Assembly (NCBI GenBank): GCA_003990765.1
Contig: RBNJ01000084.1
Span: forward strand, 1-42,795
From: Jimgerdemannia flammicorona
Taxonomy: Eukaryota
Direction of reading: 5' to 3'
DNA: 42,795 bases
The notes beneath the pieces are model-generated. The model did no database searches. It saw only the letters and a program-made list of their open reading frames with translations, and had not been told where the DNA came from. Made by a program: the position numbers and the translations under genes. Shown in pieces: positions 12,320 through 22,930 of the stretch; positions within the stretch are counted from its first letter, which is position 1, and each line of letters starts with the position of its first letter.

Positions 12320-13556
12320 CTTATTCATGTTGAATAGTCTTAATGGGGGTGTTTCAGGGTGTTCTTGAGAGTGTATTGGCATTAGTGTTGGTCTTTCCTG
12401 AGTGGTACTTGACAGTACAGTCATACTCTTGCAGCCTGTAGATCCATCTGACATATATTCCTTTGGGGTTCAGAGTGTGGAATAGCCAGATAAGAGCAGA
12501 GTGGTCTGTTTAAATGGTGAAGTGTTTCCCAGCTAGGTAGTAGTGGAACTTGTCTACTGCCCAAACTACTGCTAAGTATTCAAGCTTATATGACTCATAG
12601 TTTTGTTCTGCTCCACAGGTGCCTTGGCTTGCATAGGAGATGACATATTCATGTCTATCTTTCTTCTGAGCTAGGACTGCTCCAAGTCCTATAGTACTCA
12701 CATCTGTCTGCAGGATGAATTCTAGGTTCCAGTCTGGTCTTCTGAGGATAGGTGCTTGGGTCAATCTGGTCTTGAGTTTATTGAAGATTTCTTGGTGCTC
12801 CTTGGTCCATTCGAATTTGGTTTTCTTCTTCAGAAGCTCATAGATAGATGCTGCAATATTGGAATATCTTTTGATGAATCTTCTGTAGTAGCTGGTCAGT
12901 CCAAGGAAGGCATGGACTTCTGTGGTTGTTTTGGGTCTTAGGTAGGCTGTAACAGCCTCAATCTTCATAGAGTCTGTGTGGATTCTGGTCTGGTTGATGA
13001 GGTGTCCTAGGTAGGTGATTTCTTGAGCTACAAACTTGCATTTCTTGGACTTGATATAGAGGCCATATTTCTTGAGCTTCTTGAGGGCTAGCTGTATGTG
13101 ATTGATATGTTCCTGTGTAGTGTTGCTGAAGATGATCACATCATCAACATAGACAAAGAGCCATTTTCCAATCTCATTGCTGAAGACTCTGTTCATCATT
13201 CACTGGAAACTTACTGGAGTATTGCACATTCCAAATGGCATTCGCAGGTAAATGTAGGTGGTGTCAGGTGTGATGAAGGCTGATTTCTCACTGGTATCTT
13301 GAGTGAAACCAATCTGATGGAAGCCTGAGAACAGATCCAAGGTGGTGTAGTATTTGGCTTCACTTCCAAGAGTGGTAAGGATTTCTTGAATATTTGGCAA
13401 GAGCTGCCTATCCTTCTTAGTGATGGTATTGAGCTTTCTGTAGTCAATGCAGAGTCTTAGTACAAACTCTCCAGGCTTGCTTCCTTTCTTTGGGACAAAG
13501 ACAATGGGTGAGGTCCAGGGGCTAATAGCTTGCTTGATGATTCTGACTTCCTCCAT
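12320..13556 (-). pseudogene. Reverse transcriptase and RNase H of element A
   Basis: SPWTSPIVFVPKK, LCIDYRKLN, LDLFSGFHQI, MPFG, YVDD, FLGLTSYYRRFI, FILQTD.S..GLGAVLAQ. Confidence 0.95.
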
Positions 13557-13841
13557 TTCCTTGAGTTCTGCTCACAGCCACTCTCTGTAGACAGGTGGTA
13601 TGGGTCTGACTTTCTAGTAGATGAGCTTGGTATCACCAGTGTAAACTTCATGATAGTACTTGGGTTCTTGATTGTGGATATCTCTGAAGTCTGTAGCAAG
13701 TACTTCTTCATTCTGGTACAGGATCTTGACAAGTTGTTCCTCTAGGGGAAAGTTTTCTTCAATGGTATATGTGTGCTTATTCTGGTCCTTGTCTTTCTTG
13801 TGCTCAAGTTCAGTAATCTTGGTGGTAGCATAGACTCCTCT

Positions 13842-14252
13842 TCCAGTAGATCCAAAGCCTTGTTCTTCTCTCTTGGTCTTGATGAGTTTGATGGCTTCTA
13901 TGATCTTAGACTTCTTGACTTCGTGGATCAGCATCTGGCCAATCCTATCATGCTTCTTGACTTCAAAGAGGGTAGTGTAGTTGTGATTCCTGACTATGAG
14001 GAAGATCTCACCAGTGTAATCAGGGTCAATTACTCCTCCTTCAACTGAGATTTCACTTTTGGTCAGGCTGCTCCTGGTCTTGATAATTCTGGCATAGTTC
14101 TCTGGCAGTTTGGCTTCAATTCCAGTGCCAAGTAGGGTGGTGGTCTGTGGTTCAAGGATAGCATCTTGAATGCTGGCAAGGTCCATTCCTATGGCTTCTT
14201 CAGTCTTATATTCTGGGATCTTGGCTTCAAGGTGAAACTTTTTAACCTTGAG
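13842..14252 (-). pseudogene. dut: dUTPase domain between PR and RT of element A
   Basis: All five trimeric dUTPase motifs are present in ORF 13614-14432: GMDL, RSSL, GVIDPDYTGEI, DRIGQM, R...GFGSTG. Confidence 0.93.
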
Positions 14253-14699
14253 GATGATGTCTGATTCTTGTTCCTCCTTATCATTACTATCAGCCTGAAG
14301 CTCTGGGGACTGGTCATCTTCTTTGGCTTTCCTTTTTGCTTCAGTGGCTTCTTGCTCATGTTTCTGTTGACAAATTTTCCTGACTTTACTGATACAAGAC
14401 CAGCAGTCATTCAGGTGTTCAGAGCAGTACATCCTAGTACCATGGGGGCATCTTCCTTGAGGGGCATAGTCATCAATGATCTTGTTGTACTACTGCTCAT
14501 CTGTGAGCTTGGGTGTCTTGTTCTTGTTCTTGTTCTTGTTTACCAAGTGCATGAAGACCTCTGTGTCCTCTTCATCTCCTTCCTCCATGTCTGGTAGAAC
14601 TCCTTTATGGATATTGATAGAGACTCATACCTTTCTTCCTCTATAGTTAATCTGCATCTTCTGGACATTGAGGTCAATGATGGCCTTGACCTTGTGAAG

Positions 14700-14965
14700 C
14701 CATTGGTTGTCAATGAGGATGTCATAGTTGGTGGCACTTATAACAATCACGTCTACTGGGATAGTAGCTCCTCCTATCTTGATGAGGACTTCTCGGATTT
14801 TGCCAAGGAGGGTAGCTCATATACTATCTGCTGTAATATAGACCATCTTGGTGGACTCTTCAATGTCCCAACCTAGGCAGTCAATTGCCTTCTTGCTCAT
14901 GAGGTATCCTCTAGCACTAGTATCAATGATGGCATCAAAGATACAGTCTTCAATCTGGCAGGAGG
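14700..14965 (-). pseudogene. Aspartic protease of element A
   Basis: FDAIIDTSA is a decayed DTGA active-site motif. Confidence 0.8.
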
Positions 14966-15229
14966 TATAGGCTGATGTCTTGTGCTGGTATTCAGATTCT
15001 TCATCTGAGTTCTCGGATTCTTCCTGTGCATTGTGAGCTTCTACAATCTTGTACTCTTGATTCTTGACAGTAGTTGCAAGTCCTACTCTCAACTGCTGTC
15101 TGAAGGCAGGGACTTCAGCTAGCTGTCCAAAAGTGGTATTGACCTTCTATTCCTTAAGATCCTTGTAGATATCATACTGGTGAATCTTGGTCTTGTGCAG
15201 CTTCTGTTCCTTCTTGCTTTCACTTTCTT

Positions 15230-16420
15230 CTGAGACTGGAGTAGTACCTTCAATGATTTGGCAGGCAGCTTCATCTAACTCCATATCTTGATCAATCTTC
15301 TCAGGTTGGGTCTTGCTTTGAATAGTGATAGCTGGGGTCTTCTTTGGTCTTCCAACTGACTTGCTGTTGCTCTTCTTGTCATAGGGCTTGGACCAGGTTC
15401 TGGTACCTTCAGTAGTAGGGTAGAATTCAAGCTCCTTGTAGTATTATTCATCATCAGTGTCACCAATCTCCTCAATGACTACTGTATTGGTTTGTTCTCT
15501 GGTTCTGCTAATATTGCTTAGTTGGGCTTTGTGTCTTATTTCAGTTATGCAATTCTTTGCATAGTGGCCTTCTTCTCCACATCTGAAGCATGTGATATTG
15601 TGTTCTTCTGTAGCAGCTGCAAATCTCTGCACCGGTCTCCTGTTGGCACTTCAGACTTCTCTAACAACATCACTAAGGTGTGCAGTTATCTTGGCAAACT
15701 GCTTGGCAAGTTCTTTCACTGGATCAGCTTTGGCTGTCTTGGGGGTAGGTGGGGTTGGTTGTCTGTTTACAACTGTGGTAGATATAATACTAGTTGGCTT
15801 TGATGGCTCCATCTTGATGCCAGTTATTTTCTCCATTGAGTGTTCAGCAAGGTGTCTGGCAGTCCAATATCTCTGTGCAAAGATCACTTTCTGATCAAGG
15901 GTCAGTACAGCTAAGGTAGACCAGATTGCTAGAGCAATTTCAGGGTGAACTCCTTTGAGGAAGATTGAATCTACTATTTGTTCCTTGAGGGCATCATTAT
16001 AGCCAGCCAGGACAATCTGGTGACAGATTCGGGTATAGAATGAGTTGGGATCTTCACTAAGTTCCTGGCAGATAGTATTGAGTTAATCCTTGAGAGCTTG
16101 CTTGATCTCTTCGGTATAATATATTATTCTGAAGAAGGCCTTCATATTGACAAGTTTGGCTGTACCAGTATCAGCAATAGTAGTTGCATTGAACTTATCT
16201 CTGGTAGGTCCTCTGAGGCTGACTGGTAGAAGGGCCAATTGAGCATCCACACCAAGAGCTTATATAGTAGCGAATTGTTCAAAGTCTTCAATGAAGATCA
16301 GGATTAACTCTTCAGTAGTATATTTATAAAATGTTGGGGGGCACATTTCTATCTTGTCTTGAATTCTTATAGAGGTAACTCTTGTAGTTAAGGTAGTTGT
16401 TGTGGGAGTTGTTCGTTTTT
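15230..16420 (-). pseudogene. gag with CCHC zinc knuckle of element A
   Basis: CFRCGEEGHYAKNC at 15549-15590, with capsid-like motifs upstream (PPTF..., FIEDFE, Q..SEDPNSFY, FLKGVHPEI). Confidence 0.85.
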
Positions 16421-16472
16421 CAGCTTGAAAGTGAGGAATTCATCTTGAATTACCAGCCAATAGGTACTAAGT

Positions 16473-17989
16473 TGTCACATAGTGGTTACTGAGTCCTTCA
16501 AATATACCAGATTCTCTTCAAGGTATATCTCTTAGACTAACTCAAGTTTGTTATAAGCAAGTTCTTATTGAAGTGCCTTTCTAAGGTCTTATAGTCCTCA
16601 AACTTCTTATCTTTAACTATCTTGTTATCTCTTAGATTGCTTGTAAGAGAGTGTATGTAAGTGAAACTGGAACTGACTTTATTTCAGAGGAAATAAGAGG
16701 GGTATTTATACAAAATATAATTCAATGGTTAATAAGATATAAAGCTAAATATAAATTCTAATAACTAAAACTACTAAGTTCCAGGGTTGACACTGATGAT
16801 TGTATAGGTTCAGGATGCTGGTATAATTCAGTATCACATCAGAATACCAGTGCTGGAACAATTTCATATTACCTCAGAATACCAGTGCTAGTATTATCCA
16901 GTGTTACATGAGAATACTGGTGCTGGCATTATCCAGTGTAACAAGAAACTTAGAGCAGAAAGTTCAGGATTATAGAGGCTTTATCATCATCATCATCATC
17001 ATCACTGAAGGAGATGAGATCTGCGAATTCACCATTTTTGCATGCTTCAATGTCACACAGGATGATGTCATCACTGATGACATCATTACATTCAGCAGGG
17101 AAATCAGGAGCTCTCCAATCTATGAGGTTCTCTTCTACAAAATAAGGAACAAATATGGGGTCTTGGGGAGGTCTAACCTAGATGCTTGGGCCTTGGAATA
17201 CTGAGATCAATTTTTGCAGGAATTGGTCTGGGTTGTCCTGAAGGATGGGATGCCAGAAGTCTTCTACTTCATCACTATTGAGAGTAATAGTGAACTGGAC
17301 TTCTATAGCTACCCTGGCTTCTAGGGCATTAATATAGCAGGATGACAGGTCTCTGAAATCTGAGACTCTAATATACTCCAAGTTGGGGATTGACCATGGT
17401 ACATGCCTGAAGATCTGATAGATCTTCTTAGCTGTTCTTGTCTTGTGTATATCTATAGGAGTAGTATCTTGTAGCTCTTGAGAGCTGACCTGTGGAAACT
17501 CCCAGCAGAGAAGGTTTTCTATTTCATACTCCTACCACATTTGGAGGCATTCAGTAGCAATGGTGATCCTTGTTTCCATTTTATGGCAGTAGAGGATAAA
17601 GTGATAGGGATCTGCAGTATCCAGGCTAACACTAGGAGTTCTCCTTAAGTAGGTCCTCATAGCTCTTCTGATGTCTTGAAACATTCTTTCTTCAACTGAG
17701 GTACCTTGGTGATTCCTTGACCTTGAGGTTTAGTGGGCAGCAGGCATTTAATTTATGGTAAGTCTTTGAGCTATTTTGGGATTGGTGGTTCTTATTGGTT
17801 ACTGCTACTACAATTCCTTAATCCTTCTTTTATATTCTTCAGGATGCTTGTACTGTGGTTACAATGACTCACAGTTGGTCATCATTGCTCATCTCATATG
17901 CTGTATGATCTTCTTGTGCTCTGATCTGGTGGCTTGCAAGGAAAGGCTGTCTCCTGTGCTGATATCATCATTCTGGGGTCACTGTTACA
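16473..17989 (-). repeat. 5' LTR of element A (1517 bp)
   Basis: TGTCAC...GTTACA termini. About 13 differences from the 3' LTR in the first ~130 bp, all transitions. A decayed PBS-like TAGTACC lies adjacent at about 16464-16470. Confidence 0.95.
16950..17747 (-). pseudogene. LTR-encoded accessory ORF of element A, 5'-LTR copy (~266 codons)
   Basis: Includes listed ORF 17178-17381 in frame, with only three internal stops in my translation and an acidic DDDDDD tail. Confidence 0.68.
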
Positions 17990-18264
17990 CTATATATAAC
18001 TAATTAGATATATAGCTACTTTAGTTATTTATAATGTCCTTTGTATTCAGGACAGTTGCTTTTGGTTTTGTGATCAGTGCAATTGTTTTTGGTAATGCAT
18101 TAGTTAAGTAATACAGTTGCTACAGCACTGGTGCAGATTCCAGTGTTCAGGGGGTTTGGTATCTTGTTTTCTGCGTTCGTTCGTACGTCTCATTCGCGAC
18201 GTCATCGCTCGCCGGGTCACGTGATCGCCATTCGTGGTATGTTGCGAATGTAATTCTTATTACA
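17990..18264. repeat. Continuation and terminus of the LTR family D fragment
   Basis: Joined to 9051-9260 by the CTAT TSD. It ends in ATTACA, the inverted match of the TATAAT (TGTAAT) start at 42445. Confidence 0.5.
18174..18246. promoter_or_regulatory. CpG-dense micro-island with E-box and CRE-like motifs
   Basis: 14 CpGs in 73 bp, including GTCACGTGAT and CGACGTCA; the surroundings are nearly CpG-free. Confidence 0.55.
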
Positions 18265-18270
18265 CCAGCT

Positions 18271-18342
18271 AAAACACTTATTCCAAGTAGAATACCTGTT
18301 CTAAGTAGAATATCTGTCTCACAAGGAACACTTATTCCACAT
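18271..18342. repeat. Degenerate 18-bp tandem repeat, 4 units
   Basis: aaaacacttattccaagt / agaatacctgttctaagt / agaatatctgtctcacaa / ggaacacttattccacat. Confidence 0.7.
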
Positions 18343-18485
18343 AGAAACAGCAGTCATATCTTCTCTAAATTAGCCTTATTGCACATTCTATAATTATTTA
18401 GATAGTAATCAGATAGTAACCATACTTATATAAAATACCTCAGAGATTTGAGTGAATAACTCTTAGTCTGAAAAGTCAAAGCCAA

Positions 18486-21400
18486 TTTTTTTATAGTCAC
18501 TTGGACTCCTTTATTATGGTAACTATATAATACAACAATGACTCCATCTAATAACTACTATAACTATAAATATAAGAAAGAGTCCATCAGCCTACACCCT
18601 CTTTCCACTGCACTCTCTTCTCACCAAGCACTAGGTACTCCTGACTCCTCTGAACAATGTCTAGTACCTTCCTCATGGCCTCCAACTGGTGCCTCTTCCC
18701 CTGATACCACCACCCTTGTATCACTTCCAAAAGTAGTCCCTTCTATCACTCTACCAATTTGCTAATTCTCATCTAAGGATCTCTCTTGAACACCTATTGC
18801 CAGTACACTGCCATCAGGACCCAGATACCAATAATCTGACCCAGACCACTCCAAATGTCCCCAATCTCTCCCACCAGTTGCCACTTGACCACCCGACTAG
18901 TGGGGCCCCCTGCTCACTCACTCTTATCACCCCAATAGCTTTCTAACATCTGTCAAAATTCCTCAACTCCTGGATATGCCACTAAGATATGCTCTGACAT
19001 CTGCACCACACCCCCATCCAGCTCACAACACCACTCACATTCCCTTATACCTTTGGCCTCTATCTACCCCATCCTGTACTCCAGCATAATATTCCTTTAT
19101 AAAAATCTCTACCATACTATCCAAAACTTTGGTAGTACAACCTTGAGTAAGGAGGTCCCCCAACCCCAAACCTGACCCCACTTCTAATCTTCCCCAAACC
19201 CAGCCTTCTGCCAACCAACTGGCCACCTCTCAAGTAGACCCATCCAGATTCATTTCATTGTCCCAGACAGAGAGTATTCTGCTAACTAATGACCACTAAT
19301 ATGAATATCTCTAAGTTGCCACCATTGCTATTCCAGGTCCTTCTCTTTGCTTGGCTCTGGATCTGTGAGTCTCATTGCTAGCCAAGCCTCTACAATACTC
19401 CACTAGAATCTCTGGTAATACAATCTACTAACCCTTCCAACCTGAAGCAAGTCTCATATTTTTCTGAACCTTACTACAGAGGCAAAACCTGACTTCCCAA
19501 TTGTCTATAGCCAGTTTGCCCTAGCTATCCACTCCTAATTCTATCAGTCAACAACTCCACTAGCTCTGAAGTACCTTCAGCTGCCTCCTAAAGTCTACTA
19601 GCTCCAAACTACCATCTACTGTCTGCATTACCACTATCTCCTAACTAATCTGTGATCTTCTTTCTTGCCACAGCCATTCTTCTTCAGTTTCTGTACCACC
19701 TATCCAGGAAAGTCCAAATAGTATTCCAAATACTATAGCTTTGGTAGCCAATATACATTCAATACTACAATTCTCCCCACCAAAGAGAAGCCCCTTTCTG
19801 ACTAGTCTACCAAAGTGCTCTCCCATTTCTGTATCATTTCACACCACTACTCCTTTGGCAGTACCATCCCATATACTGAGAACTAGACACCCAAATATTG
19901 AACTGCCTCTCTAGTACTGACCAGTTGTCCAAAATGTCTATACTCTCCCAGACCAACTCCAAGCTCCATAGTCTCACACTTGCCCCAATTCAGCTTTACC
20001 CCTGCCAGCCTCTTGTACTGTCCTATCCCTTTCTGTAAGCTTGCCACATCTGCCATACAGTCTAACTCTACCACCATATCATCAGCAAAGGCCCCCAGCT
20101 TCCAGACCACATCCCCTATCTTCAGTCTGGTAAACCTCCCCTTCAGTCATACTAACAAAGACTCCAAAGACAAAATATAGAGCAGGGGTAAAAGAGGATT
20201 CCCCTGTGGCACACCTCTCCCCAAGACAAACTCTGGGCCACTCCACCTATTCATTAGTACTACAGCCCAACAGCCTCACACCAGACCCATCAGTTTCTGA
20301 GCCTCCACTACACTGAATCCTGCCTTCTACAGAACTGCCTCTAAATAGTTCTACTGCACCCTATTGTAAGCCTTTTCCTGATCTAAGAACACCATTCTTC
20401 CATCTACTTACCAGCTTCTACAGTTCTCCAAAATGTTTTGTACCTAGGCTGTACTGTCTCGAATCTGTCTCCTCTTCACAAACCCTCACTGTTCTTCACT
20501 CACCAATTGGCCAATCCATCATTGCATTCTCTCTACCAGAATCTTGGAGACCAACTTTCTGTCCACATTCAGTAACATAATGGGCTGTCAGTTCTGCCAC
20601 ATATGTCAATCCCCTTTCTCCTTATAGAGTAGAGAGACTAACCCTAAGGAGCTATTACTGATCCAGCAGTCTTTACTCAATATAAAGTTCACTATTTCAA
20701 CAAGTCATCCCCTAAACTCAACTTGAAACTCCTTCCAGAACTCCCAAGGCAGTCCATCCTCCCCTGGTGATGAACCAGTCTGCACTTTCCTCAGAATCTC
20801 CAATACCTCTTCAAGGGCCACTATACCTATTACTACTCCACCTATCTCAGGCACTACTACTACTGACCAGCTATCAACTAAATTATCATTATCCTTCAGT
20901 AAAGCCTCTCTCTCCACTGGCCCTTCTTTATCCTACCATAGAGTGCACTATTGACCAGAGATCTCTCCAAGCATATCAGTAATATCAGTAACCTCAACTC
21001 TATCCTCTCGCAACACCAAAGCCCAGCTATGCTATACCCTCCTAGCCTTCAAGATTCCTGATAAGTATTTAGTGAGTTGTTCTCCTTCTTCCAACCATCT
21101 TGCCTACAGTCTTATCAATAGCCCATCTACCACCCTATCTTCTGCTGCCTTCAAATCCAACCACAACTCAGTCACCTCCTTGGCTAACTGGGATTGTCAT
21201 TTCTCTGATAAATTCTCTCTTTCCAGAAATCTCAGCTACCAAAAAAGTCTCTGTTCAACTCTTCTTTCTCTATCCTTCTGCTCCCTTCTAGCTACCTCCC
21301 CCACATTATGTCAATATATACCTGCCAAATGTTTAAATTTCCCCCACTACTGTGCTATTGACTATCTACTGTTCTTCTACTGCATCACTTTCTGCCTTGC

Positions 21401-22930
21401 AATTATCACAAACTGGTCTCTCTCTATCTGTTTTTTGAGTAGTATCACATTGAGTTGCCATCTACCTCCACCTCTACTGACTATCTGAAATCTCCCACAT
21501 ACCTCTACTTCCCAGTGATCTGACCAAGAATACCACCATACTCCTGTTGAATCCAATATGTTACCCCAGCATTCTGCTATCAGAATCCAATCAATCCTCA
21601 TTCTAACCAAGTTCTTGCCAACTGGATACCACTTAGTAAATGGCCCTGGCCTCTTCCCTTAATGTTGTCATACCCCATTAACCAATTCCATATCTCTCTC
21701 AACCTGGAGCCATTATGAGAGCTCTGCTGATACAGCTACACCAACTCTACCATCAGATCTATCTAATGTCCTGTTATGTACTATGTTAGAGTCCTCCCCC
21801 AGAATGTCCAGCCTAATCTCATCTCAGTCTCCCCAAGTCAGCCAACCCTCCATCTATTGGTTTTACTCTCTACCAACTACCAGCAGATAGGTAGAGCCAA
21901 CTACTAGTCTATCTCCAGCTCTTCCTTTCAATCTCCCCCAGATCAATTGATCACTATATACCTTAACTTCCATCAGCTCACCTCTCTCCAAGCCAACCAA
22001 AATACCCACCTGCTCATTCAAACCTGTACTTCCATATCATTCTCTGCTCCAATCCTCATAATATTGCTCCCCATAGGTCCAAATATCCTGCAGAAACACC
22101 ACATCATATCTCCTGACCTTCAGCCAATGAAATAGATGCCTTCACTTTACTCTATCACACAAATCATTGATATTTAACAATAAAATACATAGACTGTTCA
22201 TCATCATAAATAAAAATGTTTAAAGCTCTGCTGGGATTACCATCACCTTTTCAGCCCAACTACAGATTATTGCCTTCCATTCCATACAGATAGCCCTCCA
22301 GATATGGGCTCTATTTATACTACTGCAGAAGATATCCACTTACTCAGATACCACCTTCCTGATGTCAGCCATATGGTCCTCATCTACCTCATATTCTTCA
22401 TCATCCAGAAGTACTGCCACTATCACCATTACTAACTTTGGCCCCTGTAATGCCATATTGAGGAACCCTTCCTAGGTCTCCTGAGATCCATTAAATACAT
22501 CCACTTCCTTGATATCCTCCTCCACAAGTCCCTCAAGTACTGCCTGATACCAGTCATCAGCCATCATTACCAGGGGCCCAGGAGTGGCTGGCCTCAGGGT
22601 CCTACTTAGTTCCTGTAGCATCTCTCTACCCACCAATACATCAGAGGCCACATCCATCAGGTCATCCTCCTCCATACCCTTCTCCAGCCACACCACTTCA
22701 CCTGTCTCTGGATATTCCCAATGAACATTTACTGCTCCTGCTATATGAATATCCTCCAACTGAGTCTTTGACACTATCTTAACAATCTCCTCAAAACCCC
22801 CTACATTTGTCTCCTCTCTATCAGCCTACTTCCCCTTCACTGGTATATGAGCCAAGCTCTCTACACCCCCCAGTTGCAAAAAGGACACCTCAGCTATCTC
22901 CACCTCTTCCATCTGACTCTTGGCCATCTC
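18486..22930 (-). mobile_element. 3' portion of a more divergent L1/Tx1-like LINE (ORF1 C-terminus, ORF2, poly-A)
   Basis: EN start MNSLCILLLNIN..FLQDI near 22200, then RIDWIL, WSDH, SPGEDGLPWEFW and LGAFADDMVV. A7 tail at 18486-18492. Confidence 0.88.

Larger units (their letters stand above)
9261..17989 (-). mobile_element. Full-length Ty3/gypsy LTR retrotransposon A with dUTPase, degenerate
   Basis: Paired TG..CA LTRs, 4-bp TSD CTAT (9257-9260 and 17990-17993), PPT, and domain order gag-PR-dUTPase-RT-RH-IN. Confidence 0.96.

Noticed and set aside
13614-14432. Host dUTPase gene or endogenous retrovirus/caulimovirus
   Set aside because: It lies within pol between LTRs of an element with gypsy-type RT and integrase, and no env or movement protein is seen.
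18216-18225. Point-centromere CDEI (RTCACRTG)
   Set aside because: No CDEII/CDEIII arrangement follows, and the TE-rich context does not fit a budding-yeast point centromere.
18271-18342. CRISPR-like or prokaryotic repeat-RT system
   Set aside because: The repeats are contiguous with no spacers, no cas genes are present, and all RTs are eukaryotic LINE or gypsy types.
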